The notes beneath the pieces were generated by a model that did not search any database, was not told the origin of the DNA, and was given only the letters and a program-made list of their open reading frames with translations. Shown one piece after another: positions 1-9,816 of a stretch of DNA of 64,000 bases; positions within the stretch are counted from its first letter, which is position 1, and each line of letters opens with the position of its first letter. The DNA lies in the NCBI GenBank assembly GCA_965279035.1, contig OZ257142.1, positions 3,840,001-3,904,000 of the forward strand, written 5' to 3'. The DNA comes from Bacteroidia bacterium (GTDB lineage Bacteria; Bacteroidota; Bacteroidia; M30B66). Made by a program: the position numbers and the translations under genes.

Positions 1-156
1 ATTTAGAAAATAAAACTAAAATTCCTCGAGTTTACTACAGCATCCCCGGATTTCAATCCGGGGACTTCGACAGGTTCTGTGTTGGGTTTTATTTAGAAAT
101 TGAAACTAAAATTCCTCAAGTTTTACTACAGCATCCCCGGATTTCAATCCGGGGAC
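1..156. repeat. Two ~90-bp-period direct repeats, each with a REP-like hairpin TCCCCGGAT-TTCA-ATCCGGGGA (degenerate third copy ~313-341)
   Basis: 1-65 and 91-156 are near-identical and each contains a perfect palindrome. Confidence 0.85.
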
Positions 157-212
157 CTGCCAGAAAAAATCAAGAATCTTCCATATTCCCCCAATAATCT
201 AACATTCCCCCA

Positions 213-306
213 AGCGGTAAGGATAGCAACGGAAAACCCTCAACACTAGCCGTAGCTTTAGCGAAGGCGGTTTGAGGATTTGAAGTGTATAGCCTGGACA
301 CCGCCC
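213..306 (+). ncRNA. Structured intergenic repeat/ncRNA, tentatively Flavo-1-like, with an inserted CCGTAGCTTTAGCGAAGGCGG hairpin
   Basis: GGATAGCAACGGAAAACCC...GAGGATTTGAAGTGTATAGCCTGGACACCGCCC aligns by eye with the minus-strand element at 27594-27772; the Flavo-1 assignment is from memory of the motif. Confidence 0.4.
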
Positions 307-374
307 AAAAAAAACTAGCATCCACGTATTTCAATCAGTAGTTCTGTACTACAGATGTTTAGTATGAACGGTTT

Positions 375-1037
375 TTATTTCTCTTGCAACACAAATCCAA
401 TATCCTGAATCAGGTTATTTACCTGAGTTGAATCGGTACCATCATAAAATCCTCGAATGCGCTGGTGACGATCTATGAGCGCGAAGTTTTGAGTATGAAT
501 AAAATCATCCGGACCACCATCACCTTCTTCAAGATTTAGTAAATATCCTTTACGTGCTAATTCATACAAAGCAGGTTTATCACCTGTTAAGAAAAACCAT
601 TGTTTCGTATTGGCCTTATAGCTTTGGGCGTATCCTTTGAGCTGATCGGGCGTGTCGGTTTCGGGATCAACCGTGTGAGACAAAATACGAAAATCGGCTT
701 CGTTTTTAAATGCTGCAGCAACACGATCTAACTGCTTCGACATGATAGGACAAATGCTATGACAGGTGGTGAAAAAATAATCGGCTACGTACACTTTATT
801 TTGCACTGCAGTTTGCGTAACAGTTTGTCCATCTTGATTAATAAATGAAAAATTGGGAATTCGATGCCAGAGCGTATCGTATTTGACTGTTGATCCGCTG
901 CGCGTACTGTCGATACTGTGATTTCCGAGATAAGGAAGCTTTTTATAGAAACGTGTTTTTTCTCGATTACTGAAAAAATAAATTCCAAAAAGGAGAGCAA
1001 TAAAAAGTGGGATGATGATTGAAAGTCTGCGTTTCAT
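375..1037 (-). CDS. SCO1/SenC family copper chaperone
   Basis: N-terminal TM helix, FFTTCHSICP (CxxxC) motif, VDPETD, conserved His in FIHT. Confidence 0.9.
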   Translation of the reverse strand: MKRRLSIIIPLFIALLFGIYFFSNREKTRFYKKLPYLGNHSIDSTRSGSTVKYDTLWHRIPNFSFINQDGQTVTQTAVQNKVYVADYFFTTCHSICPIMSKQLDRVAAAFKNEADFRILSHTVDPETDTPDQLKGYAQSYKANTKQWFFLTGDKPALYELARKGYLLNLEEGDGGPDDFIHTQNFALIDRHQRIRGFYDGTDSTQVNNLIQDIGFVLQEK

Positions 1038-1085
1038 GCAACAAATTACGCTTGAAAATGAATGCTGAAAACGTTTGTTTAGAAA

Positions 1086-2021
1086 TTAAATAGGAATAAT
1101 ATTCGATTTACTTGGTGATTTATATTTATCTGGAATAACCGTTAGAATTGTCTTGCAAAGAGCTTCTGTTAAGCGCTGTTTAACAACTTGACGACGAGTT
1201 ATTAAACTGATTTCTCGAACGGGTTCGGGTGTTTTAAAATAGCGAATTTGGTCGCGTTGTTCGTCACTAAACCCACGAGTAGAGAACTCGGGAAGCAGCG
1301 TCACACCAGCATTATGTTCAACTAAGCCTTTGAGTGTTTCGATACTTCCTGCTTTGAGATGAATATGAATATCACTACTCGATTTCTCTTGCATCTGACA
1401 CAAATTCAACACTTGAGAACGAAAGCAATGTCCTTCGGCAAGCAGCCAGAGATGGGAAAGGTCTATATCAGAAATGCGAATAGCTGATTTTTTCAAAAGT
1501 GGATCTTTCATCGCCACGTAAGCCACAAAAGGTTCATAATAAAGTGGTAGCTCGTGTAAATTGCTTTCGGGCAAAGGTGTTGCGGCAATTCCGGCATCGA
1601 GTTCATCGCGCTTGAGTTTAGCAATGAGATTTTCGGTAGTTATTTCCTCAATTTCCAATTCAACTCGCGGATATTGAGTTTGAAATTCACCTAAAAAAAG
1701 AGGCAATAAATAAGGTGCTACTGTAGGAATAAATCCAATCCGAAGCAGTCCTTTTAATTCTTCTGTTGCATCTTTTACTTGCTCTTTAATTCGTTTACCT
1801 AATAGTACCATTTGTCGGGCTTCGTCCAAAATACGAATGGCTGCATCGGTTGGAACAACTGGCTGTTTACCTCGATCGAATAGCGCAATTCCTAATTCAT
1901 CTTCCAATTTTTTAAGCTGCATACTCAAGGTTGGCTGAGTGACAAAACAAGCATCTGCTGCACGCGCAAAATGGCGATGTGTATCGACTGCAATTAGATA
2001 TTCTAGTTGAGTTAATGTCAT
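1086..2021 (-). CDS. oxyR: Hydrogen peroxide-inducible genes activator OxyR (LysR family)
   Basis: LysR HTH (VTQPTLS), redox pair GHCFRSQVLNLC, divergent from peroxiredoxin; start set at MTLTQLEY. Confidence 0.9.
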   Translation of the reverse strand: MTLTQLEYLIAVDTHRHFARAADACFVTQPTLSMQLKKLEDELGIALFDRGKQPVVPTDAAIRILDEARQMVLLGKRIKEQVKDATEELKGLLRIGFIPTVAPYLLPLFLGEFQTQYPRVELEIEEITTENLIAKLKRDELDAGIAATPLPESNLHELPLYYEPFVAYVAMKDPLLKKSAIRISDIDLSHLWLLAEGHCFRSQVLNLCQMQEKSSSDIHIHLKAGSIETLKGLVEHNAGVTLLPEFSTRGFSDEQRDQIRYFKTPEPVREISLITRRQVVKQRLTEALCKTILTVIPDKYKSPSKSNIIPI

Positions 2022-2031
2022 GAATACAAAT

Positions 2032-2067
2032 ATAGACATTCTCTATCATATTATAAATACTATTGAT
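2032..2067. promoter_or_regulatory. OxyR binding site between oxyR and ahpC
   Basis: ATAG-N7-CTAT followed by ATAA-N7-TGAT resembles the OxyR consensus. Confidence 0.6.
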
Positions 2068-2125
2068 TTGATTGATGTTTTAGAATGCTTCAATTTTGTC
2101 CTGTCAAAAACGAAAAACTAAAATC

Positions 2126-2698
2126 ATGAATCGAATAATTTCTCTGGGTGAGTCTTTCCCGACATTTGAAAAGACTGCAGTTACTTCTATTGAAAAAGGA
2201 AAAGAATTTTCTACTCTTTCGCTCGATCAACAATTGTCATCAGGTAAATGGATGGTGATGTTTTGGTGGCCGAAGGATTTCACTTTTGTTTGTCCAACCG
2301 AAATTGCCGAATTCAACAAGAATTACAGTGAATTCAGCGATCGCGATACCAATCTGATTGGTGCATCTACCGACTCTGAATTTGTTCATTTAGCATGGAG
2401 ACAAAATCACGCCGATTTGAAGGGTTTGCGTTTCCCTATGTTAGCTGATACATCTAAATCTTTAGCTGAAGAATTAGGCATTTTAGAAGCGAATGAAAAA
2501 GTGGCTTATCGCGCTACATTCATGGTAGATCCTCAAGGAATTATCCGCTGGGTTTCGGTGTATGATTTAAATGTAGGACGTAATGTGGAGGAAGTTTTAC
2601 GTGTCTTAGATGCATTACAAACGGATGAATTATGTCCGTGCAATTGGAAACGTGGTGAAGAAACATTATCGCATGTTGCTGAACCTATTGAAGCCTAA
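2126..2698 (+). CDS. ahpC: 2-Cys peroxiredoxin AhpC
   Basis: PKDFTFVCPTE and ELCPCNW motifs. Confidence 0.92.
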   Translation: MNRIISLGESFPTFEKTAVTSIEKGKEFSTLSLDQQLSSGKWMVMFWWPKDFTFVCPTEIAEFNKNYSEFSDRDTNLIGASTDSEFVHLAWRQNHADLKGLRFPMLADTSKSLAEELGILEANEKVAYRATFMVDPQGIIRWVSVYDLNVGRNVEEVLRVLDALQTDELCPCNWKRGEETLSHVAEPIEA

Positions 2699-2710
2699 TT
2701 CAACCTAACT

Positions 2711-3010
2711 ATGAAAGAATTGAATTCTGAAACATTCCGAGATTTTATTCAATCGGAACAGAAGGTAATCGTTGATTTTTACGGTCCGGCATGTCAAGCT
2801 TGTGAAGCTTTGAGACCTTATTTGGAGCGGGTAAATTCCGATTATCCAAACCGAATTGCTAAAGTAAACGCAACAGAAGAAATGGAACTCGCACTTGAAT
2901 TTGGAATTCGGCAAATACCAACCATGCTTGTTTTTCAGCATAATTCATTAATTGGGCGAAGAATAGGTTCGGTAAAGAATGTGGAAATAATTCATGAATT
3001 AATTGCTTAA
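2711..3010 (+). CDS. Thioredoxin-family protein
   Basis: VDFYGPACQAC (CxxC), cis-Pro in IPT, 99 aa. Confidence 0.8.
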   Translation: MKELNSETFRDFIQSEQKVIVDFYGPACQACEALRPYLERVNSDYPNRIAKVNATEEMELALEFGIRQIPTMLVFQHNSLIGRRIGSVKNVEIIHELIA

Positions 3011-3021
3011 ATAAAAAGAAA

Positions 3022-3606
3022 ATGATAGCACTTGAAAATGAGACTTTGCAGAATTTAATCAATGATTTGAATTTATCGAATGATACCCTTTCGGATCATC
3101 TGAATCACTTGGCAATAAACGAAAGTAAGTATTTACGTGATTTACGTATTAATTTAAAAAATGCATTGGCATTCTCGAATTTAACTCGAAAAGAAAGTTT
3201 ATTTATTGCTTTTTCGGTAGCGGTAAATGATCACACAAAAAAATTGGCAGATGCACTTGAAAGCCTTGCTAGATCAGAAGGAGCCAGCGAAGAAGAATTA
3301 GCTGAAGTTCGAGCGTGTGTTTCTTTGTTAAATGTGAATAATGTGTTTTATCGTTTTCGCCATTTTACCAAGAAAGACTTTTATCAACAAACACCAGCTG
3401 GAATTAAAATGGGAATAATGATGAATCCTATTTTAGGAAAGGAGTTTTTTGAATTGTTAAGTTTAACAGTTTCTGCTTTGAATGGCTGTGAATTATGTGT
3501 CAATGCACACGAAAGTTCGCTTATTCAATTAGGCACTAGCGAAGCACGTATATACGATGCAGTGCGCTGTGCAGCCAACTTTAGAGGAATGACAGTTTTA
3601 AGTTAA
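3022..3606 (+). CDS. ahpD: Alkylhydroperoxidase AhpD (carboxymuconolactone decarboxylase family)
   Basis: VSALNGCELCVNAH motif; follows ahpC. Confidence 0.88.
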   Translation: MIALENETLQNLINDLNLSNDTLSDHLNHLAINESKYLRDLRINLKNALAFSNLTRKESLFIAFSVAVNDHTKKLADALESLARSEGASEEELAEVRACVSLLNVNNVFYRFRHFTKKDFYQQTPAGIKMGIMMNPILGKEFFELLSLTVSALNGCELCVNAHESSLIQLGTSEARIYDAVRCAANFRGMTVLS

Positions 3607-3625
3607 ACCATCTATTTTTCTTAAT

Positions 3626-3666
3626 AACCGGTATTTTCTTTCGGGAGAATGTCGGTTTTTTTATTT
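3626..3666 (+). terminator. Intrinsic terminator after ahpD
   Basis: AACCGGTATTTTC...GAGAATGTCGGTT hairpin followed by a T-run. Confidence 0.7.
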
Positions 3667-3861
3667 GTGAAATCAGTATATTTAGTCAGGATTTTTAGGT
3701 TATTTTTCAATCAAGATTGTAAAGGATTATTCCATTTATACCAATAAAGGTTAATTGGAAAATGAAGGAAAAAGGAAAGTAGCACGTGTTATTTTGAAGA
3801 GATCGGATATGACAATTGGATTATTTGTTTGTTTTTAATTCACCCTTATAAATCATTTAGT

Positions 3862-5700
3862 ATGGTACATCGAATTTATACTTCGCTACTTATTTATCTC
3901 ATGTTGACTCCGTTTTTTTGTGAAGCTCAAAAACAAGGACAAGAACGCATTGATTCACTCATACAGGTATTGCCCTCGATGATTGACGATACCAACAAGG
4001 TCAAAATGTTGGAGGAAATCAGTTTCAGTAGTTATTCAATTAATCCTCAACAAGGTTTAAAATACGGTTTCGAATCGCTCAAATTAGCTCAGCAACTAAA
4101 ATGGGACAAGGGCACTGCTCGTGCATACAATACCATTGGAATTAACTATGGATTTGGTTTAGCCGATTATCCGAATGCTCTTGATCATTATCTAAAATCA
4201 TTAACTATCAATGAACGTTTAGGCGACCAAAAAGAAATCGCCGCTTCATTAAATAATATTGGTTCACTCTACGACGAAACAGGAGAAAATCAAAAAGCCT
4301 TGGATTATTACAATAGAGCTCTGGTCATTAATCGTAAAATGGGGAATAAAGACTGGATGGCGAATAACCTGAGTAACATTGGAGTATTATACACTAAACT
4401 GAAAGAATTTGACAAAGCTATTCAATATAAAAAAGAAGCTATGAAGCTCAAAGAAGAGCTTGGAGATCAATGGGGAATTGCCACGAACATTAGTCAACTT
4501 GGGAGAATCTATGGGGAAATGGGTAAGCTCGATACAGCTATTATTTTATTTCATAAAGCCTTAAATATTTTCAGTCAACTTGGAGATCAAAATAGTATTG
4601 CGAAGAATTTTGATTATTTAGGATCTGCTCATTTATATCTGGCGGTAAATAATCCTAAAACAAATAAAGAATTGCTGAATAAAGCATTATTATATAACGA
4701 TAGCGCACTTTCAATTTATTTATCAATTAGGCACTTGCAGAATATTTCTGGTTCTTACATATCGCGTAGCGAAATAATGCATGCATTAGGAAAAGATAAT
4801 GAGGCGCTCGAAGATTATAAAATAGCCATGATTTATAAAGACTCCGTTTTTAATATGGAGAAAGATAAAAAACTGGTGCAACAAGCCATGCAATTTGATT
4901 TCGATCGAAAAGAGGCTATTAATAAAACGGAACAAGAGAAAAAAGATCTACGGCAAAAACTAATTCGATATTCACTGGCAATTGGACTTTCGGGAGCTTT
5001 TATTTTTTCTTTAATTGTATGGCGTCAACGCAATCGTATTTCGAAAGAGAAAGCGCGCAGTGAAGAATTATTACTGAATATTTTACCCGGTGAAGTTGCA
5101 GAAGAATTAAAAGCTAAAGGAGAAGCTGAAGCCAAATTAATCGAAGAAGTAAGCGTATTATTTACCGATTTCAAAGGTTTTACTGCACTTTCGGAACAAG
5201 TAACTCCTAAGGAACTAGTCAACGATCTTCATGAATGTTTTAGCGCCTTTGATGCAATATGCGAAAAACAGGGAATTGAAAAAATAAAAACCATTGGTGA
5301 TGCCTATATGGCCGCAGGAGGTTTGCCTTCGCCCAATTCAACGCATGCTAAAGATGTCGTCTTAGCAGCATTAGAAATGGCTCAATTCATTGAAGAAGGG
5401 AAGAAACAAAAAATTGCTTTGGGATTACCGTATTTCGAAATCCGAATTGGTATTCATACAGGTCCGGTTGTAGCTGGAATTGTAGGAGTGAAAAAATTCC
5501 AATATGATATTTGGGGCGATACTGTAAATACAGCTAGTCGCATGGAAAGCAGCGGAGAAGTGGGAATGGTCAACGTAAGCGAAACAACCTTTCACATTTT
5601 ACAAAATGATTCAACTTTCAAATTTGAACATCGAGGTAAAATTCAAGCAAAAGGAAAAGGAGAAATCGAGATGTATTTTGTGAAAAAAACGATGGTTTAA
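3862..5700 (+). CDS. Membrane-anchored class III adenylate/guanylate cyclase with periplasmic TPR sensor
   Basis: Signal peptide, TPR repeats, TM helix, VLFTDFKGFT, KIKTIGDAYM and YDIWGDTVNTASRMES motifs (K/D suggest ATP specificity). Confidence 0.88.
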   Translation: MVHRIYTSLLIYLMLTPFFCEAQKQGQERIDSLIQVLPSMIDDTNKVKMLEEISFSSYSINPQQGLKYGFESLKLAQQLKWDKGTARAYNTIGINYGFGLADYPNALDHYLKSLTINERLGDQKEIAASLNNIGSLYDETGENQKALDYYNRALVINRKMGNKDWMANNLSNIGVLYTKLKEFDKAIQYKKEAMKLKEELGDQWGIATNISQLGRIYGEMGKLDTAIILFHKALNIFSQLGDQNSIAKNFDYLGSAHLYLAVNNPKTNKELLNKALLYNDSALSIYLSIRHLQNISGSYISRSEIMHALGKDNEALEDYKIAMIYKDSVFNMEKDKKLVQQAMQFDFDRKEAINKTEQEKKDLRQKLIRYSLAIGLSGAFIFSLIVWRQRNRISKEKARSEELLLNILPGEVAEELKAKGEAEAKLIEEVSVLFTDFKGFTALSEQVTPKELVNDLHECFSAFDAICEKQGIEKIKTIGDAYMAAGGLPSPNSTHAKDVVLAALEMAQFIEEGKKQKIALGLPYFEIRIGIHTGPVVAGIVGVKKFQYDIWGDTVNTASRMESSGEVGMVNVSETTFHILQNDSTFKFEHRGKIQAKGKGEIEMYFVKKTMV

Positions 5701-5730
5701 ACCAAGTAATTATTCGTTGCTAAGAATCGA

Positions 5731-6369
5731 ATGAGGAAATACTTACAATTATTCATTTTATTACTACCCGTTAACTCCATTCAAGCTCAAATAAAATTCT
5801 CCGATTTTATTGATGAATATTCAGTTTCGATTAATCAAGCACTTTCAAGCAATAAAAAAACAAAAAGTACTGGATTCGGAATTGGGATTTATCATACTAT
5901 TCCTCATTCATCCTACTTAAATATACTTCTTGGCTTTGAATATAATCGAGTCAATGAATTTTTCAATACGAATTATTCGAGTCATTTTGAATCGAAAAAG
6001 AATGAGTATTTCCGTTTAAATTATTTATCAATTCCAGTTCTATTTAGATTCAAAGGTGCTTTAAATCCCCATACTGAATTATTCTTTAACCCAGGTGGCT
6101 TCATTGATTGGGCTCAAAAATCTCGTGTTGATTACGATTATCATTCCGTTACTTTCGACAATAATGTACCTACTTACCACTCAAGTCATGCCTATTCCTA
6201 CACAGGTAGTAATCAACTTGGATTTTCCTTTGGTGCTGGAATTAAGTTCAAAAAATTGAAGTATGCTTATTTCCTTCATCTTGATTTGAAGATACCCCTG
6301 AAACGAATAATAAATGATGCATATGCAGCATCCATGCGTTTATCTATTGGCATGTCGTTAAATCGATGA
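5731..6369 (+). CDS. Outer-membrane beta-barrel (PorT/porin-like) protein
   Basis: Signal peptide, LNYLSIPVLFRF motif, alternating beta-strand pattern. Confidence 0.6.
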   Translation: MRKYLQLFILLLPVNSIQAQIKFSDFIDEYSVSINQALSSNKKTKSTGFGIGIYHTIPHSSYLNILLGFEYNRVNEFFNTNYSSHFESKKNEYFRLNYLSIPVLFRFKGALNPHTELFFNPGGFIDWAQKSRVDYDYHSVTFDNNVPTYHSSHAYSYTGSNQLGFSFGAGIKFKKLKYAYFLHLDLKIPLKRIINDAYAASMRLSIGMSLNR

Positions 6370-6519
6370 AATTGAAAAATTCAATACATATCATTGAACC
6401 TATCCAATATTAACTTAAAATCATGTTAATGTAAATTCCAGCTTTTGACTGATGAAAGTTACCTCTAATCCATTTCACTGATGATAAATGCCTGCTCATA
6501 CTGAACTCCATCTCGAATG

Positions 6520-6632
6520 TTAACTCAGAGTGAATATTCGTTTAAAAATTTCTTAATTTAAATTGAGGTAGTGGTAATTCTCGGGTAATATTCAAGCTGT
6601 TTTGATATTATGCACTTAACGTTCGATTTACA
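6520..6632 (+). promoter_or_regulatory. Array of 11-bp-periodic TTAAC/TTAAT-like half-sites (Pho-box-like)
   Basis: Half-sites at 6520, 6531, 6542, 6553; 6574, 6585; 6616, 6627. Confidence 0.45.
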
Positions 6633-6673
6633 GTTTAGAGAAGTAGCAGAGCCAATTTTGCAGAGAGAAGCAA

Positions 6674-9589
6674 ATGCTCCCATCAGCCAATAAAACTCTC
6701 GTGAAAAAACTAGTCTACCTTAGTTTCATATTCCTAATTTTTCTTTCTCCAACCCTAGTTTTTGGACAAAAAACAGGAAGTATTACAGGAACTGTTATCG
6801 ATAAAGCAACAGGTGAAACATTACCGGGTGCAAGTATTTCCATCGAAGGAACCACAACAGGTACAATGACAGACATAGATGGTCATTTTAAATTGGCTAA
6901 TCTTAATCCTGGAACTTATCGCGTTTTGTGTTCGATGGTTTCGTTCTCGAAAAAGATATTGAGTGGTGTTGAAGTAAAAGAAGGTGCTGCAACGAACTTA
7001 AACATTGCATTAGAAACTGTTCAGAACGACTTAAAAGAAGTAATTATTGAAGCTGAAGCAAAACGTGAATCCATCAATGCTTTGGTTTTACAGCAAAAAA
7101 ATGCTGCTTCAGTTTCTGATGGAATTTCGGCAGAAACCATAAAGAAAACTCCCGATAGAACAACTAGCGATGTTTTGCGTCGAATAAGCGGTGCCAGTAT
7201 TCAGGATAATAAGTTTGCAATTATTCGTGGATTGAATGATCGTTATAATGCTTCCTATATTAATGGTGCTCCATTGCCAAGTTCTGAAAGCGATCGTAAA
7301 GCTTTTTCATTCGATATTTTTCCAGCAAACATGCTCGATAATATCGTAATCAACAAAACAGCAACTCCCGATATGCCTGCTGAATTTGCAGGTGGAATCA
7401 TTCAAATAAATACCAAGAGTATTCCGGAAGAAAATTTTCAATCGTTTAGTATTAGCAGTGGTTATAATACCATGACTACTGGAAAACAACAACTTACATA
7501 TACAGGTGGTAAAAGCGATTGGCTTGGAATAGATGATGGAACACGTGCTTTACCAAGTGCAATTCCTGCCAAAAAAGACTTTCCTACTTTGCCTGCTTTA
7601 CAAGCTGACCTAGGAAAAAATCTCAGCAATAATTGGGGAATTAATTCCAAGAATTTTGCACCCAATTTTAATTTTCAATATTCTCTTGGTCATACTATAC
7701 GTCGTAAAGAAAAAGACCTCATTGGATTGGTGTTCGCAGCATCCTATCAACGGACATATAATTATTTAATTACAGATCGAAAAGGCTATACAAGCAGTTC
7801 CGACCCAAGTGTTCCTTCACAAATCGATTTTGATTACACCGATAACAGCTATGCCACACAAACACTTGCTGGTATATTAGGAAACGTTTCGTTTAAAATA
7901 AATAAAAACAACACTATATCAACGAAGAATTTATTAAGTATTAATTCGGATGATCGTGTGATTCGTCGTGTTGGAACTCCTACTCCTTTGGAAAGCAATC
8001 CGGTATTACTTCAATCAACAGCACAGTGGTTTACTAGTAATCGTATTTATACAGGACAAATCATTGGAGAACATTTAATTGGTAAATCAAAATTGAAAAT
8101 AAATTGGGTTGGATCGTATAGTTCAATTCAGCGTTCAATACCGAATTTACGTCGGAATGTTTATACTCGTTTGGATCATTCTAACGATCCAGGAGAACCA
8201 ACAAATCGGGATACTGTATGGCGCGCTAATATTTCTAAAACGAATGTTGGTCCAGACTACGGTGGAGGAATGTTTTTCTCTGAAAACAAAGAACAGGTTT
8301 ACAGCTTTAGAGCTGATGCCTCATATCCTATTAAAATTGGTAAAGAATTAAATAATGAAGTGAAAATTGGTGGTTCATTTCAACAACGTGATCGAGAGTT
8401 TTATGCGCGTCAATTAGGATTCACTCAATATTCAACCATTGGAAGTGGTTCAGTAAAGTTTCAAGACAGCTTAACCTTTTTATCGAATGATCAAATTTTT
8501 TCAACTACCAACATGGGCTTAATTGCTCCCGGAAAAGGTGGATTTAAATTGAAAGATGCAACTAAAAATAGCGATTCATATTCTGCAGGATCTAAGCTAA
8601 CTGCATCGTATGTAATGATTAATACACGTTATAAAAAATGGCTTCGACTCATTTGGGGTGCTCGTTTAGAATCTTTCATTCAAACCTTAAATGCTACGCT
8701 CGATAATAATCAACCATTAGCAATTAACACCAAGAAAGTCGATATTTTACCATCAGCGAACGCGGTATTTTCTTTATCAGAAACACAAAACGTGCGATTG
8801 AGTTATTCTCAAACGCTTAATAGACCAGAGTTTCGAGAGTTAGCACCTTTTGCATTTTATGATTTCAATACTCAGTTTGTTTATTCGGGAAATGATTCTT
8901 TAAAACGTGCATTGATTCATAATTACGATGTGCGTTGGGAAATTTATCCGGGTCGTGGACAACTTGTTTCTGTAACAGGTTTCTATAAATCATTCATCAA
9001 TCCAATTGAGCAAATTTCTCGTGCTGATGTGGCGAATGAAGTTTCTTTTAAAAACGTTCAAAAAGCGAAAAGCTACGGAGCAGAATTTGAATTCAGAACG
9101 ATACTCGGTTCTTTATTGAAAAAAGAGGATACTCACTTCCTTAACAACCTAACAGTTTATGCTAATTATGCCTATATCCGCTCTTCTGTTGATGTTTCAG
9201 GAATTATTGGTTCAGTAAATACTACACGACCATTACAAGGTCAATCACCCTATGTTTTAAATGCAGGATTAATTTATGCAAATAAAGAGAAAGGTTATTC
9301 TGTATCAGCAGCTATTAATCGTGTTGGAACTCGTATTGCCATTGTTGGTAATGTGAATGAGCCTGACATTTGGGAGAATGGTAGAACGGTTTTAGATATT
9401 CAAGCAAGTAAATCGTTTCTAAAACAACAATTAGAGGTGAAGTTTTTTGTGCGTGATGGTTTAGCTCAAAAACTCTATTTCTTCCAAGATCGAAACAATA
9501 ATAAAAAACTAGATATAGATTCCGATAACCTCATTTGGGTTTCGAAATTTGCTCCTACTTTTTCGGTGAATGTAACTTATAAGTTTTAA
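6674..9589 (+). CDS. TonB-dependent receptor with N-terminal carboxypeptidase-regulatory-like domain
   Basis: ITGTVIDKATGETLPGA N-domain, plug (IRGLNDRYN), C-terminal YKF; alternative GTG start at 6701. Confidence 0.92.
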   Translation: MLPSANKTLVKKLVYLSFIFLIFLSPTLVFGQKTGSITGTVIDKATGETLPGASISIEGTTTGTMTDIDGHFKLANLNPGTYRVLCSMVSFSKKILSGVEVKEGAATNLNIALETVQNDLKEVIIEAEAKRESINALVLQQKNAASVSDGISAETIKKTPDRTTSDVLRRISGASIQDNKFAIIRGLNDRYNASYINGAPLPSSESDRKAFSFDIFPANMLDNIVINKTATPDMPAEFAGGIIQINTKSIPEENFQSFSISSGYNTMTTGKQQLTYTGGKSDWLGIDDGTRALPSAIPAKKDFPTLPALQADLGKNLSNNWGINSKNFAPNFNFQYSLGHTIRRKEKDLIGLVFAASYQRTYNYLITDRKGYTSSSDPSVPSQIDFDYTDNSYATQTLAGILGNVSFKINKNNTISTKNLLSINSDDRVIRRVGTPTPLESNPVLLQSTAQWFTSNRIYTGQIIGEHLIGKSKLKINWVGSYSSIQRSIPNLRRNVYTRLDHSNDPGEPTNRDTVWRANISKTNVGPDYGGGMFFSENKEQVYSFRADASYPIKIGKELNNEVKIGGSFQQRDREFYARQLGFTQYSTIGSGSVKFQDSLTFLSNDQIFSTTNMGLIAPGKGGFKLKDATKNSDSYSAGSKLTASYVMINTRYKKWLRLIWGARLESFIQTLNATLDNNQPLAINTKKVDILPSANAVFSLSETQNVRLSYSQTLNRPEFRELAPFAFYDFNTQFVYSGNDSLKRALIHNYDVRWEIYPGRGQLVSVTGFYKSFINPIEQISRADVANEVSFKNVQKAKSYGAEFEFRTILGSLLKKEDTHFLNNLTVYANYAYIRSSVDVSGIIGSVNTTRPLQGQSPYVLNAGLIYANKEKGYSVSAAINRVGTRIAIVGNVNEPDIWENGRTVLDIQASKSFLKQQLEVKFFVRDGLAQKLYFFQDRNNNKKLDIDSDNLIWVSKFAPTFSVNVTYKF

Positions 9590-9607
9590 GACTTAAATCA
9601 TCTTATT

Positions 9608-9642
9608 CAAGCCTGTTCAATAATCTATTTTGAACAGGCTTT
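9608..9642 (+). terminator. Hairpin terminator after TBDR
   Basis: AAGCCTGTTCAA...TTGAACAGGCTT inverted repeat. Confidence 0.6.
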
Positions 9643-9816
9643 ATCATTTAAATGAAGAAGTGGAAATAAATTCAATCCTTAAACATCTTTTGTATTTCAA
9701 TATTATGTAATTGAAAAAATGCTTAACAATCAATTAATAAAGTTCGGATTGAAGCATAATGTAAAATTCAAATTGAAGCAGTATTGTATAAATAGCTTTG
9801 CAGCAAAATCGAACAC

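Noticed and set aside
1-156. CRISPR array
   Set aside because: Whole ~65-bp units are duplicated; no unique spacer series
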